Assembly (NCBI GenBank): GCA_050951325.1
Contig: JBMNIW010000012.1
Location: 576,001-640,000, forward strand
Length of the DNA stretch: 64,000 nt
Source: Clostridia bacterium
Lineage (GTDB): Bacteria; Bacillota; Clostridia; UBA1212; DUPL01
Direction: 5' to 3'
Both the position numbers and the translations under genes were made by a program. The notes under the pieces are model-generated. The model made no database searches, was not told where the DNA came from, and worked only from the letters and a program-made list of their open reading frames with translations. Positions 1 to 10,383 of the stretch are shown in pieces (position 1 is the first letter of the stretch; the number at the start of each line of letters is the position of its first letter).

Positions 1-1
1 G

Positions 2-808
2 GCTGCCGATTTTAACATAGAGCTTGCTCAAAGAGGAATCATATTCATTGATGAAATTGACAAGATAGCCAGACGCGGAGACAATCCATCCATTACAAGG
101 GATGTAAGCGGTGAAGGTGTACAACAAGCACTTTTGAAGATACTTGAAGGTACGGTTGCCAATGTACCTCCCCAGGGTGGAAGGAAGCATCCGCATCAGG
201 AGTTTATCCAGATAGATACAACAAACATATTATTTATATGTTCTGGTGCTTTTGATGGTCTTCCAAAGATCATTGAAAACCGCATAGGAAAGAATACCAT
301 AGGTTTTTCAGGTGTTGTTCGTTCCAGCGATTCTTTGGATACCGACGAACTATTATCAAAAGTACAGCCTCAGGACCTGTTAAAATTCGGTCTGATTCCC
401 GAGTTTATTGGCCGTGTGCCTGTTATAGTAACACTACAGTCACTGGACAAGGAAACTCTTAAGAGGATCCTCACAGAACCAAAGAATGCGATTATCAAGC
501 AGTACAAGAAGCTGTTTGAGTATGACAAGGTAGAGCTTGAATTCAATGATGAGGCTTTGGATGCGATTACTGAAATTGCAATTCAGAGAAAGACCGGAGC
601 AAGAGGATTGAGGGCAATTGTTGAAAAGGCTCTTATGGATGTAATGTACGAGATTCCATCGGAGGAGAATGTGGAGAAGTGCATTATAACCAAGGATGCT
701 ATTGAGAAGAAGGAGAAACCCATCCTGGTCCATGGTAAGGACAAAAAGGCGCTTCCTCCGGGAAAGGGCCCGGGGTCCAAGGGTCAGAGGATGGAGACTG
801 TATCATAA
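2..808 (+). CDS. clpX: ATP-dependent Clp protease ATP-binding subunit ClpX (5' truncated by window edge)
   Basis: Frame is open from base 2: [50 protein letters not shown] loop, [16 protein letters not shown]. Confidence 0.97.
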   Translation, partial: AADFNIELAQRGIIFIDEIDKIARRGDNPSITRDVSGEGVQQALLKILEGTVANVPPQGGRKHPHQEFIQIDTTNILFICSGAFDGLPKIIENRIGKNTIGFSGVVRSSDSLDTDELLSKVQPQDLLKFGLIPEFIGRVPVIVTLQSLDKETLKRILTEPKNAIIKQYKKLFEYDKVELEFNDEALDAITEIAIQRKTGARGLRAIVEKALMDVMYEIPSEENVEKCIITKDAIEKKEKPILVHGKDKKALPPGKGPGSKGQRMETVS

Positions 809-879
809 ATTTAACCCGGGAAATATTTCCCAAAAGTTGACACATTATTTTTACAGTGATAACATAAATATTGAAGTAG

Positions 880-908
880 TAACGGGGTCAATTCTATTGA
901 CCCTGTTT
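880..908 (+). terminator. Probable intrinsic terminator after clpX
   Basis: Inverted repeat AACGGGGTCAAT-tct-ATTGACCCTGTT followed by T-rich sequence. Confidence 0.5.
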
Positions 909-946
909 CGATATCTTTTTACATTTTATCTTGAGGAGCAAGCAAA

Positions 947-1969
947 TTGAAAGACATATATATTCTTGGAATAGAGACAAGCTGTGATGAAACAAGTGCG
1001 TCAATCGTCAAAAACGGACGGGAGGTATTGTCGAATATCATCTCGTCGCAGATTGATTTGCACAAGGAATACGGTGGTGTGGTCCCTGAAATCGCCTCGC
1101 GAAAACATGTGGAGCTTATCATACCTGTCATAAATGAGGCAATAAAGAGTTCAGGTATTAAAAAGGAAATGATAAGCGCAGTGGGAGTTACTTTCGGGCC
1201 TGGGCTGATTGGCGCTCTTTTGGTAGGGCTTTCTGCTGCAAAGGCTATGTCATATGCATTGAATGTGCCACTGGTTGGCGTCCACCATATTGAGGGACAT
1301 ATTGCTGCAAATTTCATAGAGCATAAAAGTTTGGAACCTCCGTTTATAAGTCTTGTAGTATCTGGAGGTCACAGCCATATAATCGAATGTACCGACTATG
1401 GAGAATTTAAAATTCATGGAAGAACCAGGGACGATGCTGTTGGTGAGGCCTATGACAAGATCGCCAGAACATTGGGGCTAGGATATCCGGGAGGGCCTGT
1501 AATTGACAAGATAGCCAAAGAAGGAAGTGCTGTCATACAGTTTCCCAGAGTACATTTTGAAAACCTTGATTTTTCCTTCAGCGGGCTAAAGACCGCAGTT
1601 ATCAACTATGTGCATAATGAGAAAATGAGGGGAAACGAGCTTAACATCACTGACGTTTGCGCATCCTTCCAAAGCGCAGCGGTAGACATTCTTGTTGAGA
1701 ATACCATTAAAGCGGCAAAGCTGACAGGCCTTGGTAAAATTGTTCTGGCAGGTGGTGTAGCATCAAATTCATGCCTTAGGGCTAGGATGAATGAGGAAGC
1801 TTCAAAAGAGGGTATGGAAGTATATATTCCGTCTCCCATACTGTGTACGGATAATGGTGCCATGGTGGCGTCTGCTGCATACTTTGCATACATTAAGGGA
1901 AGGAAGTCAAAACTTAATTTGAATGCAATGGCAAATGTGTCTTTGGAGGAAATAGCAAAGCATGCATGA
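947..1969 (+). CDS. tsaD: tRNA N6-adenosine threonylcarbamoyltransferase TsaD
   Basis: [59 protein letters not shown]; GAGGAG RBS with TTG start. Confidence 0.97.
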   Translation: MKDIYILGIETSCDETSASIVKNGREVLSNIISSQIDLHKEYGGVVPEIASRKHVELIIPVINEAIKSSGIKKEMISAVGVTFGPGLIGALLVGLSAAKAMSYALNVPLVGVHHIEGHIAANFIEHKSLEPPFISLVVSGGHSHIIECTDYGEFKIHGRTRDDAVGEAYDKIARTLGLGYPGGPVIDKIAKEGSAVIQFPRVHFENLDFSFSGLKTAVINYVHNEKMRGNELNITDVCASFQSAAVDILVENTIKAAKLTGLGKIVLAGGVASNSCLRARMNEEASKEGMEVYIPSPILCTDNGAMVASAAYFAYIKGRKSKLNLNAMANVSLEEIAKHA

Positions 1970-1984
1970 TATTTGGAGGAGGCT

Positions 1985-2299
1985 ATGTATAACTGCAACT
2001 TCTGCAAGCATAAAAGTGTGAATACAATAGGTGGCGGATTTTTATGTAGGATACATGGTCCTGTGTCCTGGGCATGCTTATGCAAGGAATTTGTGAGGGA
2101 TGAGACAAAAATTAAAGGAATAAAATGTAAGGATTGTGTTTTCTTCAAACGAATAGAAAGCGTTGATGATACGGATAATAATGGAGCTAATAATGTATGG
2201 TGGGGCACATGCCTTAAATATTTGCTTAGAGAATTTGATGGCAATAGTAGACAAACCTGTTCCCAATTTATCGAAAAAGCACAGAAATATATTACATAA
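1985..2299 (+). CDS. Small Cys-rich hypothetical protein, probable metal-binding
   Basis: GGAGG RBS before ATG at 1985; two similar Cys-rich units (CNFCKH..C..CKEF and CKDCVFF..C..CSQF). Confidence 0.7.
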   Translation: MYNCNFCKHKSVNTIGGGFLCRIHGPVSWACLCKEFVRDETKIKGIKCKDCVFFKRIESVDDTDNNGANNVWWGTCLKYLLREFDGNSRQTCSQFIEKAQKYIT

Positions 2300-2349
2300 C
2301 TGGCAGAAAAAGCAAAATATGTACTGGCTATATAGTGAATTGTTAGTAG

Positions 2350-2484
2350 TTATACACATTATCCACAGAGTTATCCACAGGTTGATTGTTTAAAATTATA
2401 TAGAAATACAAGCTTTCTGAAAAGTTATCCACATTTTGTTGAAAAAAATTATGCACATGCATCTCCTAAAATTTGTGTGAAAAA
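2350..2484. promoter_or_regulatory. DnaA-box cluster
   Basis: TTATACACA 2350-2358, TTATCCACA 2359-2367, 2371-2379 and 2425-2433, TTATGCACA 2449-2457, plus weaker inverted boxes; AT-rich tract downstream. Confidence 0.85.
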
Positions 2485-2600
2485 TGGTATCAAAAATTAA
2501 TTTTATAGAATACTTGATTTTTTTATTAAAATATGATTTGTGAGGTTTGCATCACGGTTACCTGCATAGTATAATAGCAAAAAGCAATGGAGTGAAAACT

Positions 2601-3092
2601 GTGCGGATAATTCGAAAGCGGCTAATACCTAACGAGGAAGTGGACATATCACAAGATGAGGTTCTTATCAGGAATAGCGACCATATAATCACCAGATGGC
2701 TGCCAATAAAGCCAAGGGGAGATATAGGTTGGGGGATATCCTATCTTGACCTTAACGGAAACCGTAAAATAAGTGCTTTTTACGGGAAGAATGGAAAGTT
2801 AATGTACTGGTATTGCGATATAGTAGATGTTACATATTTAGAGTATTCCGATTTGTATATAATTAAGGATTTGCTTGTGGATGTTAAGCTCGTACCAGGA
2901 CAGCCGCCTGAAATCCTTGACCTGCATGAACTGGAGATGGCTTTAAAACAAGGACTGATTAACAAAGAAGAATATGCTTTGGCTGTTAGGGTGTCAAAAG
3001 CAACTTTGGAATTGTTAAAACATGAAATACCTGATAAAATTAAAGAGATACTAAAGTATGGACCACCGGTTGGGTTTGAAATAGAAACCTGA
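2601..3092 (+). CDS. DUF402 domain protein (nucleoside phosphatase-like beta-barrel)
   Basis: YWYCDIV...DLLVDV...ILDLHELEMALKQGLI pattern; GGAGTG RBS favours GTG at 2601. Confidence 0.75.
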   Translation: MRIIRKRLIPNEEVDISQDEVLIRNSDHIITRWLPIKPRGDIGWGISYLDLNGNRKISAFYGKNGKLMYWYCDIVDVTYLEYSDLYIIKDLLVDVKLVPGQPPEILDLHELEMALKQGLINKEEYALAVRVSKATLELLKHEIPDKIKEILKYGPPVGFEIET

Positions 3093-3131
3093 ACAATAGG
3101 TCCATGTTCATTGTAAAAGAAAGGGCAGGTT

Positions 3132-3599
3132 ATGAAGAAAAACGCAGAAGTAAAGGACAAGTCTAAAAAGGTACACGGTTTATCACTTATTGGAATTATC
3201 GCTTGCACGGTTATTAATATTTTTGTATTCATACTACAGGTAATGGGGATTAATTTTAAGATATATATACCCTACAGTATTCATGCCACCCATTATTTTC
3301 TTCAAATAGGATATTCTTTAAGCGAGAAAACCGGTGCATACATGAAGTTCATGGGAGGCGTTGCCGCATCCATGCTGCTGGTGGGGATTTTTATCCTGCT
3401 TTATTTCTGGTCATTTAAAAATGCTGAGGCTTTCCTTTATGCCTTTATACTGTACCTTTTGGACACGGCTTTTATTTTCTATGTCATTTTCAAGTTTGAT
3501 GACAGTTATGCCTTTGTCGATTTTGTATTTCATTTGTGTGGCCTTCTGGCACTTATTCTGGCATTCAGTGAAGAAAAACACAATAAAAAATATAAATAA
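3132..3599 (+). CDS. Hypothetical membrane protein (about 4 TM)
   Basis: 155-aa ORF with hydrophobic segments, co-oriented with neighbours. Confidence 0.7.
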   Translation: MKKNAEVKDKSKKVHGLSLIGIIACTVINIFVFILQVMGINFKIYIPYSIHATHYFLQIGYSLSEKTGAYMKFMGGVAASMLLVGIFILLYFWSFKNAEAFLYAFILYLLDTAFIFYVIFKFDDSYAFVDFVFHLCGLLALILAFSEEKHNKKYK

Positions 3600-3622
3600 C
3601 AAAAATATATGGAGGAATTGTA

Positions 3623-5158
3623 ATGCAAAAAGTTGAATGGAAGAAGTTACAAAACGGAAGCGACATAAGAGGAGTTGCGCTGGCTGACGGCGGCAATCCC
3701 GTTAATCTTACCACCGATGTTGTAAAGACGATTGGCAGTGCTTTTGCTCTTTGGCTGGCGGATAAGAAGTCAAAGGAGGTAAAGGAACTTTCGATTTCCA
3801 TCGGACATGATTCCAGGCTTACAGCAAAAAGCCTTAGTGCAGCTGCAATTGATGGAATCACAGACTTTGGCGCTGATGTGGTTAACTGCAACCTTTGTTC
3901 AACACCTGCCATGTTCATGACAACTGTAACGGAAGGACATGAATATGACGGTGCTGTCATGCTTACAGCAAGCCATCTTCCTTTTGACAGAAATGGTATG
4001 AAATTCTTTACAAGGGAAGGCGGACTAGAGAAGCAGGACATATCAAAGATACTTGAATTGTCTGAGAAGATATATAATGGTGAAATCAAACCTGATGCCA
4101 ACAAGAAGGGAAGTGTAAAGGATATTGATTTCGTTTCGGTTTACGCAGAGGGCCTGGTTGCAAAGATTAGAGATGCTACAGAAGAAGAAAAGCCCCTTGA
4201 AGGTTTTAAGATTATTGTGGACGCAGGTAACGGAGCAGGCGGATTCTTTGCTGACAAGGTGCTTGAAGTGTTGGGTGCTGATACCAATGGAAGCCAGTTC
4301 CTTGATCCGGACGGAACATTTCCCAACCATATTCCAAATCCCGAGGACAAGGAAGCTATGGAATCCATTTGCGATGCCGTTATAAAGAAAAACGCGGATT
4401 TGGGTATAATTTTTGATACGGATGTGGACAGGGCAGCGGTCGTTGACAGGTTTGGAAGGGATATAAACAGGAATAGAATCATTGCTCTGATTTCAGCGAT
4501 TGTGCTGGGTGAAAGAAAAGGTGCAACCATTGTTACCGACTCCATAACCTCTGAAGGCCTAAAAAAGTTTATAGAAGAGGATTTGGGAGGAGTTCACCAC
4601 CGTTTCAAGAGAGGATACAAGAATGTTATCAATGAGGCCATAAGGCTCAATGAGGAAGGCACATATACGCCTGTGGCTATTGAGACATCGGGGCACTGTG
4701 CTCTTATGGAAAACTACTTCCTTGATGATGGTGCATATCTGATTGCCAAGATATTGATTCAAATGGCAAAGCTCAAGAAGGAAAACAGGACGATTGACCA
4801 GTTAATAGAAAACCTTGAAGAGCCCAAGGAAGAGAAGGAATTCAGGATGAAAATAAATCTTGATGACTTCAAGGAGTACGGTCAAAAGGTTATAGACGGT
4901 CTTGCAGACTATACAAAAGAGCAGGAAGGTTGGATTGTTGAGCCTGTAAACCATGAAGGCATAAGGGTCAAGTGCCACAAGGGCAATGGAGATGGATGGT
5001 TCCTGCTCAGACTATCACTGCATGATCCGATACTGCCTTTGAATATCGAGTCGGATTCCGATGGCGGAGTCAAGGTTATAGCAAAGAGTTTGCTTGAGTA
5101 TCTTGAGCATTACGACAAGCTGGATTTGTCGGGTATTAAGAGTTTTATAGAGGAGTAA
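3623..5158 (+). CDS. Phosphomannomutase/phosphoglucomutase (alpha-D-phosphohexomutase)
   Basis: SDIRG, TASHLP phosphoserine loop, FDTDVDR metal loop, ETSGH. Confidence 0.92.
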   Translation: MQKVEWKKLQNGSDIRGVALADGGNPVNLTTDVVKTIGSAFALWLADKKSKEVKELSISIGHDSRLTAKSLSAAAIDGITDFGADVVNCNLCSTPAMFMTTVTEGHEYDGAVMLTASHLPFDRNGMKFFTREGGLEKQDISKILELSEKIYNGEIKPDANKKGSVKDIDFVSVYAEGLVAKIRDATEEEKPLEGFKIIVDAGNGAGGFFADKVLEVLGADTNGSQFLDPDGTFPNHIPNPEDKEAMESICDAVIKKNADLGIIFDTDVDRAAVVDRFGRDINRNRIIALISAIVLGERKGATIVTDSITSEGLKKFIEEDLGGVHHRFKRGYKNVINEAIRLNEEGTYTPVAIETSGHCALMENYFLDDGAYLIAKILIQMAKLKKENRTIDQLIENLEEPKEEKEFRMKINLDDFKEYGQKVIDGLADYTKEQEGWIVEPVNHEGIRVKCHKGNGDGWFLLRLSLHDPILPLNIESDSDGGVKVIAKSLLEYLEHYDKLDLSGIKSFIEE

Positions 5159-5161
5159 AAC

Positions 5162-5860
5162 ATGCTTAGAATAAATGAACTGACAAAATTCTATGGACAA
5201 ACATGTGCTGTTAACAATGTCAGCCTTGAGGTACCTGCAGGGTGCATTAGCATCCTGCTAGGTCCTAATGGAGCTGGAAAATCCACTGTTATCAAGAGCA
5301 TTGCTGGGCTCTTAAGATATTCTGGAAGGGTAGAAATAAGTGGACATGAAAACAAGTCCGTGGAAGCTAAAAGATACCTTGGCTATGTTGCCGAGTTTCC
5401 AGCCATGTACGAGCTGCTTACAGTAAGGGAGCACCTGGAGTTTATAGCGAGAGCGTACAAGCTCAAGGATTGGGAGGATAGAGCGGAAAGACTGCTTGAA
5501 GGTTTTCAGCTGACGGACAAAGCGGATAAACTGGGTTCGGATTTGTCCAAAGGTATGCAGCAGAAACTTAGCATAATCTGCGGAGTTTTGCCTCAGCCGA
5601 AAGTATGTCTGTTTGATGAGCCTTTGGTTGGGCTTGATCCTCACGCAATCAAGGAGTTCAAGAATCTGGTTGTTCAGATGAGGGACGAAGGCTGTACAAT
5701 TTTAATAAGCACGCATATGATTGACAGCGTGAAAGAGTTCTGGGACAGCACCTATATTATGATGGATGGAAAGATTGCATATCATACCACAAGAGAGATA
5801 GCGGAAGAAATGAACATTGATATCGAGAAAATCTTTTTTGATATAACGGAGAAAAAGTAA
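5162..5860 (+). CDS. ABC transporter ATP-binding protein
   Basis: GPNGAGKST, LSKGMQQK, LFDEP, STH. Confidence 0.93.
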   Translation: MLRINELTKFYGQTCAVNNVSLEVPAGCISILLGPNGAGKSTVIKSIAGLLRYSGRVEISGHENKSVEAKRYLGYVAEFPAMYELLTVREHLEFIARAYKLKDWEDRAERLLEGFQLTDKADKLGSDLSKGMQQKLSIICGVLPQPKVCLFDEPLVGLDPHAIKEFKNLVVQMRDEGCTILISTHMIDSVKEFWDSTYIMMDGKIAYHTTREIAEEMNIDIEKIFFDITEKK

Positions 5861-5861
5861 A

Positions 5862-7415
5862 ATGGGTCCATGCATTTATGTTATAAAACGTAGTTGTATA
5901 AACTGGTTAAAGAAACTGAAGGAAAAGCCTGCAGTCATAGTTGGTATTGCGGTCTTCTTTTTCATATTCATAATGCCTCTTTTGTTTCAAGGAAATAGTG
6001 TTGATACTACCAGAGCCGGCGGCCTCAACATATTGTACCTGATATTCTTCGGGTTATCATTATTCTTTGTAGGTGCTTCATTAATAGCAGGGCTTTCCAC
6101 AGGCACATCCTTCTTCACGATGTCCGATGTAAACCTTATGTTCACATCCCCCATATCTTCAAACAAGATACTGCTTTATGGGATTATAAAGCAAATGGGC
6201 AGGTCTATTGTTGTGTCCGTGTTCATGCTGTTTCAGATTGCAAATTTAAGGGCGAATTTTACCTTAAGCATATTTAAAAGTGTTTATGTGATTATTATAT
6301 ACATGATGCTTGTATTTATATCCCAGATGGTATCTCTTGTTATCTATTCCTTTACGAATGGGAATCAGAGGAGGAAAAGTGCTGTCAAATACACAGCGAT
6401 GATTCTTCTTCTGATTGTTATAGCATACATTGTGTATGGTATGATCAACAGGGGAACTGAGGTAATACAGGAATTTTTTATCTTTGCTGTTCCAGTCTCA
6501 GGATGGCTTTTGGGAATGCTTGTCGGCGTTTTGAGCTCAAATTTCGTTTTGCTCGCCATATCCACAGGGGTGATTATTACGTTTGTCCTTGCGGTTATCG
6601 GTGTCATGATTAAGTACAAACCCGACTATTACGAAGACTGCCTGATAAACTCAGAAAACGCATACCATGCAAGACAGGTAATGAAAGGCGACAGGTCGGC
6701 TCAGGCTAACATAAAGAAGAAGATCAGATACAAGAATGTGAAAACCATTAAGTTTGGTGGTGGATGGGGGGCATCCAGTTTCTTCTACAGGCATATGGTG
6801 GAGATAAAACGGGCTGAGAGGTCGGTATTGTTTGGCACGTCTTCTGTACTGTTCCTTGCTCTGGGAGTTGGTATAGGACTTGTTGCAAAGTCGGATTATG
6901 ATTTTGTATATGCAGGTTTTGGGATAATGTGCTACGTTGGGCTTTTTCTGGTGGGTGTAACAAAACTGACGCAGGAACTTTCGAGGCATTTTATATATCT
7001 TGTGCCTGACAGCCCTTTCAAAAAGCTCCTGTATGCATCCTTGTCCAGCATTGTCAGACCGTTTATAAGCGGCATACTCTTATTCCTGCCGCCTGTATTC
7101 ATAAGTGGATTTCCAATTGTGAGAAGCATAGTGCTGATTCTGTGCTTCGCCTCGGTAAACTGTATATACATTTCAGCAAATATTGTAATGCACAATATTT
7201 TTGGCAAGCACAGCAGCATGTCGATCATAATGTTTATATATTTTCTGTTTGCAGTGCTGTTCTTGAGTCCTGCCGCAGGTTTTGGGGTATTGTTTGGCAT
7301 TTTATTCAGCTCAGTATCAATTGGTTTTCTTATTGCTTCTCTTGTCAACTTTGGCACAACCATGATAGTTCTGTTTATCTGCAGAAATCTAGTGCACAAT
7401 ATTGAGTTTAAGTAG
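5862..7415 (+). CDS. Putative ABC exporter permease
   Basis: Multi-TM protein directly after the ATPase; DVNLMFTSPI and PDYYED motifs. Confidence 0.8.
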   Translation: MGPCIYVIKRSCINWLKKLKEKPAVIVGIAVFFFIFIMPLLFQGNSVDTTRAGGLNILYLIFFGLSLFFVGASLIAGLSTGTSFFTMSDVNLMFTSPISSNKILLYGIIKQMGRSIVVSVFMLFQIANLRANFTLSIFKSVYVIIIYMMLVFISQMVSLVIYSFTNGNQRRKSAVKYTAMILLLIVIAYIVYGMINRGTEVIQEFFIFAVPVSGWLLGMLVGVLSSNFVLLAISTGVIITFVLAVIGVMIKYKPDYYEDCLINSENAYHARQVMKGDRSAQANIKKKIRYKNVKTIKFGGGWGASSFFYRHMVEIKRAERSVLFGTSSVLFLALGVGIGLVAKSDYDFVYAGFGIMCYVGLFLVGVTKLTQELSRHFIYLVPDSPFKKLLYASLSSIVRPFISGILLFLPPVFISGFPIVRSIVLILCFASVNCIYISANIVMHNIFGKHSSMSIIMFIYFLFAVLFLSPAAGFGVLFGILFSSVSIGFLIASLVNFGTTMIVLFICRNLVHNIEFK

Positions 7416-7442
7416 TGTCGAAAAGGGTCGAAAAACGTCGAT
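7416..7442 (+). promoter_or_regulatory. Three tandem Spo0A-box-like repeats at 10-bp period
   Basis: TGTCGAA 7416-7422, GGTCGAA 7426-7432, CGTCGAT 7436-7442 upstream of the Tad genes. Confidence 0.5.
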
Positions 7443-7517
7443 AGGTACATTATTAAAAAATATGGATATGTGTTGTTTGAAATGGTAACCTCCTTGCATA
7501 AGGAGGTGCCATTTTTT

Positions 7518-8687
7518 TTGGATATAAGATATCTAGTCGATATAGTTGACCAATATGTCAACTCGAAGATGGACTTGACAAGGGAATATTCAGATTATGA
7601 ATTGAAGGCGCTGATTGGCGGTTGCGTTGAAAAACTGGCAAAAAGGATACCCATGTCTCTGGAAATGAGGGAGGAGATACTTTTAAGGGTCTTCAACAGC
7701 AAGAGAAAGCTGGGAATCCTTCAACCACTTCTGGAAGACGTTACGATTAACGAAATCATGATAAACGGCACCGATGCCATATTTGTTGAGAGAAATGGAG
7801 TTATGGAGGCAGTCAAGGAAAGATTTGATTCCAAAGATAAACTGTTTAATCTGGTGCAAAACATTGTATCGAGAGTAAACAGGACAGTGAACGAGAGCAA
7901 TCCGATTGTGGACGCAAGACTTGAAGATGGATCAAGGATTAATGTGGTTCTGCATCCGGTGGCAATAAACGGACCTGTCGTTACTATTAGAAAGTTTTCA
8001 GACAAGCCCTTTACCATGGAAAAACTTGTTGATATCGGAAGTATCACTCTAGAAGAGGCTGAGTTTTTGATAAAGGCGGTAAGAAGTCGCATGAACATAT
8101 TTGTGTCAGGAGGCACATCAACAGGGAAAACAACATTTTTGAATGTGATTTCAACTTATGTAGACAAGGATGAGAGGATTGTTACTATTGAGGATTCTGC
8201 GGAACTTATGCTTGCGCATGAAAATATTGTGAGACTTGAGACAAGAGATAAAAACAGTGAGGGCAAGGGAGGGATAAGTATGAGGCAGCTAATTAAAGCG
8301 AGTTTAAGGATGCGTCCTGACAGGCTTATTGTTGGAGAGGTAAGGGATGAAAGTGCTCTTGATATGCTGGTTGCACTGAATTCAGGACATGATGGTTCCA
8401 TGTCCACGGGACATGCCAATTCGCCCTCGGATTTGCTTGTCAGGCTAGAGACCCTTGCCCTGTGGGAGGGAAATGTAAGTTCCGAGGCAATAAAGAGGCA
8501 GATGGCATCAGGTATTGATTTGATCGTTCATCTAAAGAGAAATCATTTGATGGAGAGGAAAGTTTCCGAAATTGCAGAAGTTTGCGGTTACGAGGATGGA
8601 GAGGTTGTTTTAAACACATTGTTCAGAGATGGTAAAAAGGTATCTGGTCTGAAGGTAAAAGGATACAAGGTGGAGGGTACTGAATGA
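7518..8687 (+). CDS. cpaF: Tad pilus assembly ATPase (CpaF/TadA family)
   Basis: PIVDARLEDGSRIN, SGGTSTGKTT, TIEDSAEL, LRMRPDRLIVGEVR, SGHDGSMSTGHAN; AGGAGGT RBS at 7501 favours TTG at 7518. Confidence 0.92.
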   Translation: MDIRYLVDIVDQYVNSKMDLTREYSDYELKALIGGCVEKLAKRIPMSLEMREEILLRVFNSKRKLGILQPLLEDVTINEIMINGTDAIFVERNGVMEAVKERFDSKDKLFNLVQNIVSRVNRTVNESNPIVDARLEDGSRINVVLHPVAINGPVVTIRKFSDKPFTMEKLVDIGSITLEEAEFLIKAVRSRMNIFVSGGTSTGKTTFLNVISTYVDKDERIVTIEDSAELMLAHENIVRLETRDKNSEGKGGISMRQLIKASLRMRPDRLIVGEVRDESALDMLVALNSGHDGSMSTGHANSPSDLLVRLETLALWEGNVSSEAIKRQMASGIDLIVHLKRNHLMERKVSEIAEVCGYEDGEVVLNTLFRDGKKVSGLKVKGYKVEGTE

Positions 8688-9439
8688 ACAAGACAAGGCT
8701 TGTAGATTACAAAAAGTACGTATTTTCTTTTAAGGACTGGTGTGTTTTTGCGTTTGTGTTGACCGCCATTTCCGTTATGTTTGGCCTTGTTTTGTTTGAA
8801 AGTTTAAAGATTGGCATTGTCTTTTCCATTATTTCCTCTCCTTTTGTTTTTGCAAGATTGAAAAAATACTTTATGAGAAAAAGGCTTGAAGAATTGGAAA
8901 GACAGTTTTGTGATGCGTTGCAGCTTATGTCTGCTTCTCTTTCCGCAGGCTTGAGTTTTACAAGCTGCGTAAGTGAAATTGCGAGTGGCGATTTGTCTGT
9001 TGACGGCAACCTAAGGCTTGTGCAAAAGGAGTTCGCAAATATGCAAAGACTCATTGCTCTTAACATATCGCCTGAAGAAGCTGTGGAGGCTTTTGCAAAG
9101 AGGACCGGCAGCAGGGATATACAAAACTTTTCAAACGCACTTTATGAAAGTCTGCAGGCTGGAGGCAATCTTGTGCAACTTGTCCGTAATTCAGCCAGTG
9201 CATTAAGGGTTAAGTATGACTCGGAAGATGAGATAAGGAGCCTTTTGAATCTTCCCCGATTCAATCACAGGATAATGATGGTCATGCCGTTTGTTTTAAT
9301 ACTTATGGTAAAGGCTATAGCGCCAGGATATGTGGAACCTTTATACACGGAAGGAGCAAGGTGGATTTTGTTTCTTGTAGCATTTCTAATTATTTTGTCT
9401 TGGTATATAGGAGAGAGAATATCAGATATCAAGTTCTGA
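8684..9439 (+). CDS. tadB: TadB-like pilus inner-membrane platform protein (T2SS-F domain)
   Basis: QFCDALQLMSASLSAG, GGNL motif, follows cpaF. Confidence 0.82.
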   Translation: MNKTRLVDYKKYVFSFKDWCVFAFVLTAISVMFGLVLFESLKIGIVFSIISSPFVFARLKKYFMRKRLEELERQFCDALQLMSASLSAGLSFTSCVSEIASGDLSVDGNLRLVQKEFANMQRLIALNISPEEAVEAFAKRTGSRDIQNFSNALYESLQAGGNLVQLVRNSASALRVKYDSEDEIRSLLNLPRFNHRIMMVMPFVLILMVKAIAPGYVEPLYTEGARWILFLVAFLIILSWYIGERISDIKF

Positions 9440-9450
9440 GGATGATTGTA

Positions 9451-10176
9451 ATGGGTGTTGTGGAGAGTATAAAAAAGTATTATGAAGGGGTTTGTGAAAA
9501 GTATGTAAGTTTATATGGGAAAAAAAGAGGCAGCCACGAGTTCAGGAAGGCTGTCAATAAAGCAGTTGTTGGTTATGTTGCTTCTTTTATACTTTTTCCA
9601 TTGACTTATGTTTATGGAAAATCTCTTTTTTTGAGCGTAGTTGTGTTTCTTGTTTTAATCATCTCTTTCATACTCTTGCCCAACTCGCTTATTGAAAGCA
9701 AAATGAAGGATTTGAGAAGATCTTTCAGTTTAAATATGCCGGATTTTCTTGAAAGGGTGGCCATTCTTCTCGACAGCGGCCAGAACCTTTGGGCATCCAT
9801 TGAGAAGGCGGCCATGGTTAATGACGATGAGTTTAGTCTGGAAGGTGAGATATCCAGGACAATGAAGGAGATAAATGAATGCAGAGGTTCTGAAAAGGAT
9901 CCTTGCGATGCGTTTTCTGACATGGCAAAACGCCTTGAATCATCGCATGTCAGCTCTTTTGTTTCATTAATTGTTCAGAATTCAAGAAAGGGGCAAGCAG
10001 AACTGGTTGAAATTATTCGAATGCAGGCTGCAATATACAGAAATGACAGAAAGAATGTTGCCAGGAAACTGGGAGAGGAGGCGACCACGCTGATGTTGAT
10101 ACCGACTACCATTGTTTTTATTGGCATTCTAATTATGCTTCTTTCACCTGCATTTTTAGTAATATATTCGATTTAG
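9451..10176 (+). CDS. tadC: TadC-like pilus inner-membrane platform protein
   Basis: MPDFLERVAILLDSG, QNSRKG, ARKLGEEATTLMLIP; exact start uncertain (9442 or 9451). Confidence 0.82.
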   Translation: MGVVESIKKYYEGVCEKYVSLYGKKRGSHEFRKAVNKAVVGYVASFILFPLTYVYGKSLFLSVVVFLVLIISFILLPNSLIESKMKDLRRSFSLNMPDFLERVAILLDSGQNLWASIEKAAMVNDDEFSLEGEISRTMKEINECRGSEKDPCDAFSDMAKRLESSHVSSFVSLIVQNSRKGQAELVEIIRMQAAIYRNDRKNVARKLGEEATTLMLIPTTIVFIGILIMLLSPAFLVIYSI

Positions 10177-10189
10177 GGGGGATTCTGCA

Positions 10190-10381
10190 ATGTTTCTGAA
10201 AGCATACTTTGCCATCAGGAAGATTCTTGACAAAAGAGGTGTGGGCACTGTCGAGATATTGATTATACTTGCGGTACTTGTTGCCCTTGCGCTTATTTTT
10301 AGACAGTTTATTATTGAAGTTGCGGAAAGAATATTTGATAAAATTCGTGAAAATGCCGACAAGGCCATAGAAGGGCTGTGA
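10190..10381 (+). CDS. Flp1-family type IV pilin
   Basis: Class III signal peptide KRG|VGTVE with Glu+5 then a hydrophobic helix; 63 aa. Confidence 0.85.
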   Translation: MFLKAYFAIRKILDKRGVGTVEILIILAVLVALALIFRQFIIEVAERIFDKIRENADKAIEGL

Positions 10382-10383
10382 GT

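Noticed and set aside
1606-2244. 212-aa minus-strand ORF
   Set aside because: Overlaps tsaD and the Cys-rich ORF in antisense; no recognisable motif
2350-2540. Calling the DnaA-box cluster oriC
   Set aside because: No dnaA/dnaN/rpmH/gidA nearby and no switch in gene orientation; kept only as a box cluster
7511-7520. Poly-T tract before cpaF as a phase-variation switch
   Set aside because: T8 is common in this AT-rich genome and lies in the RBS spacer
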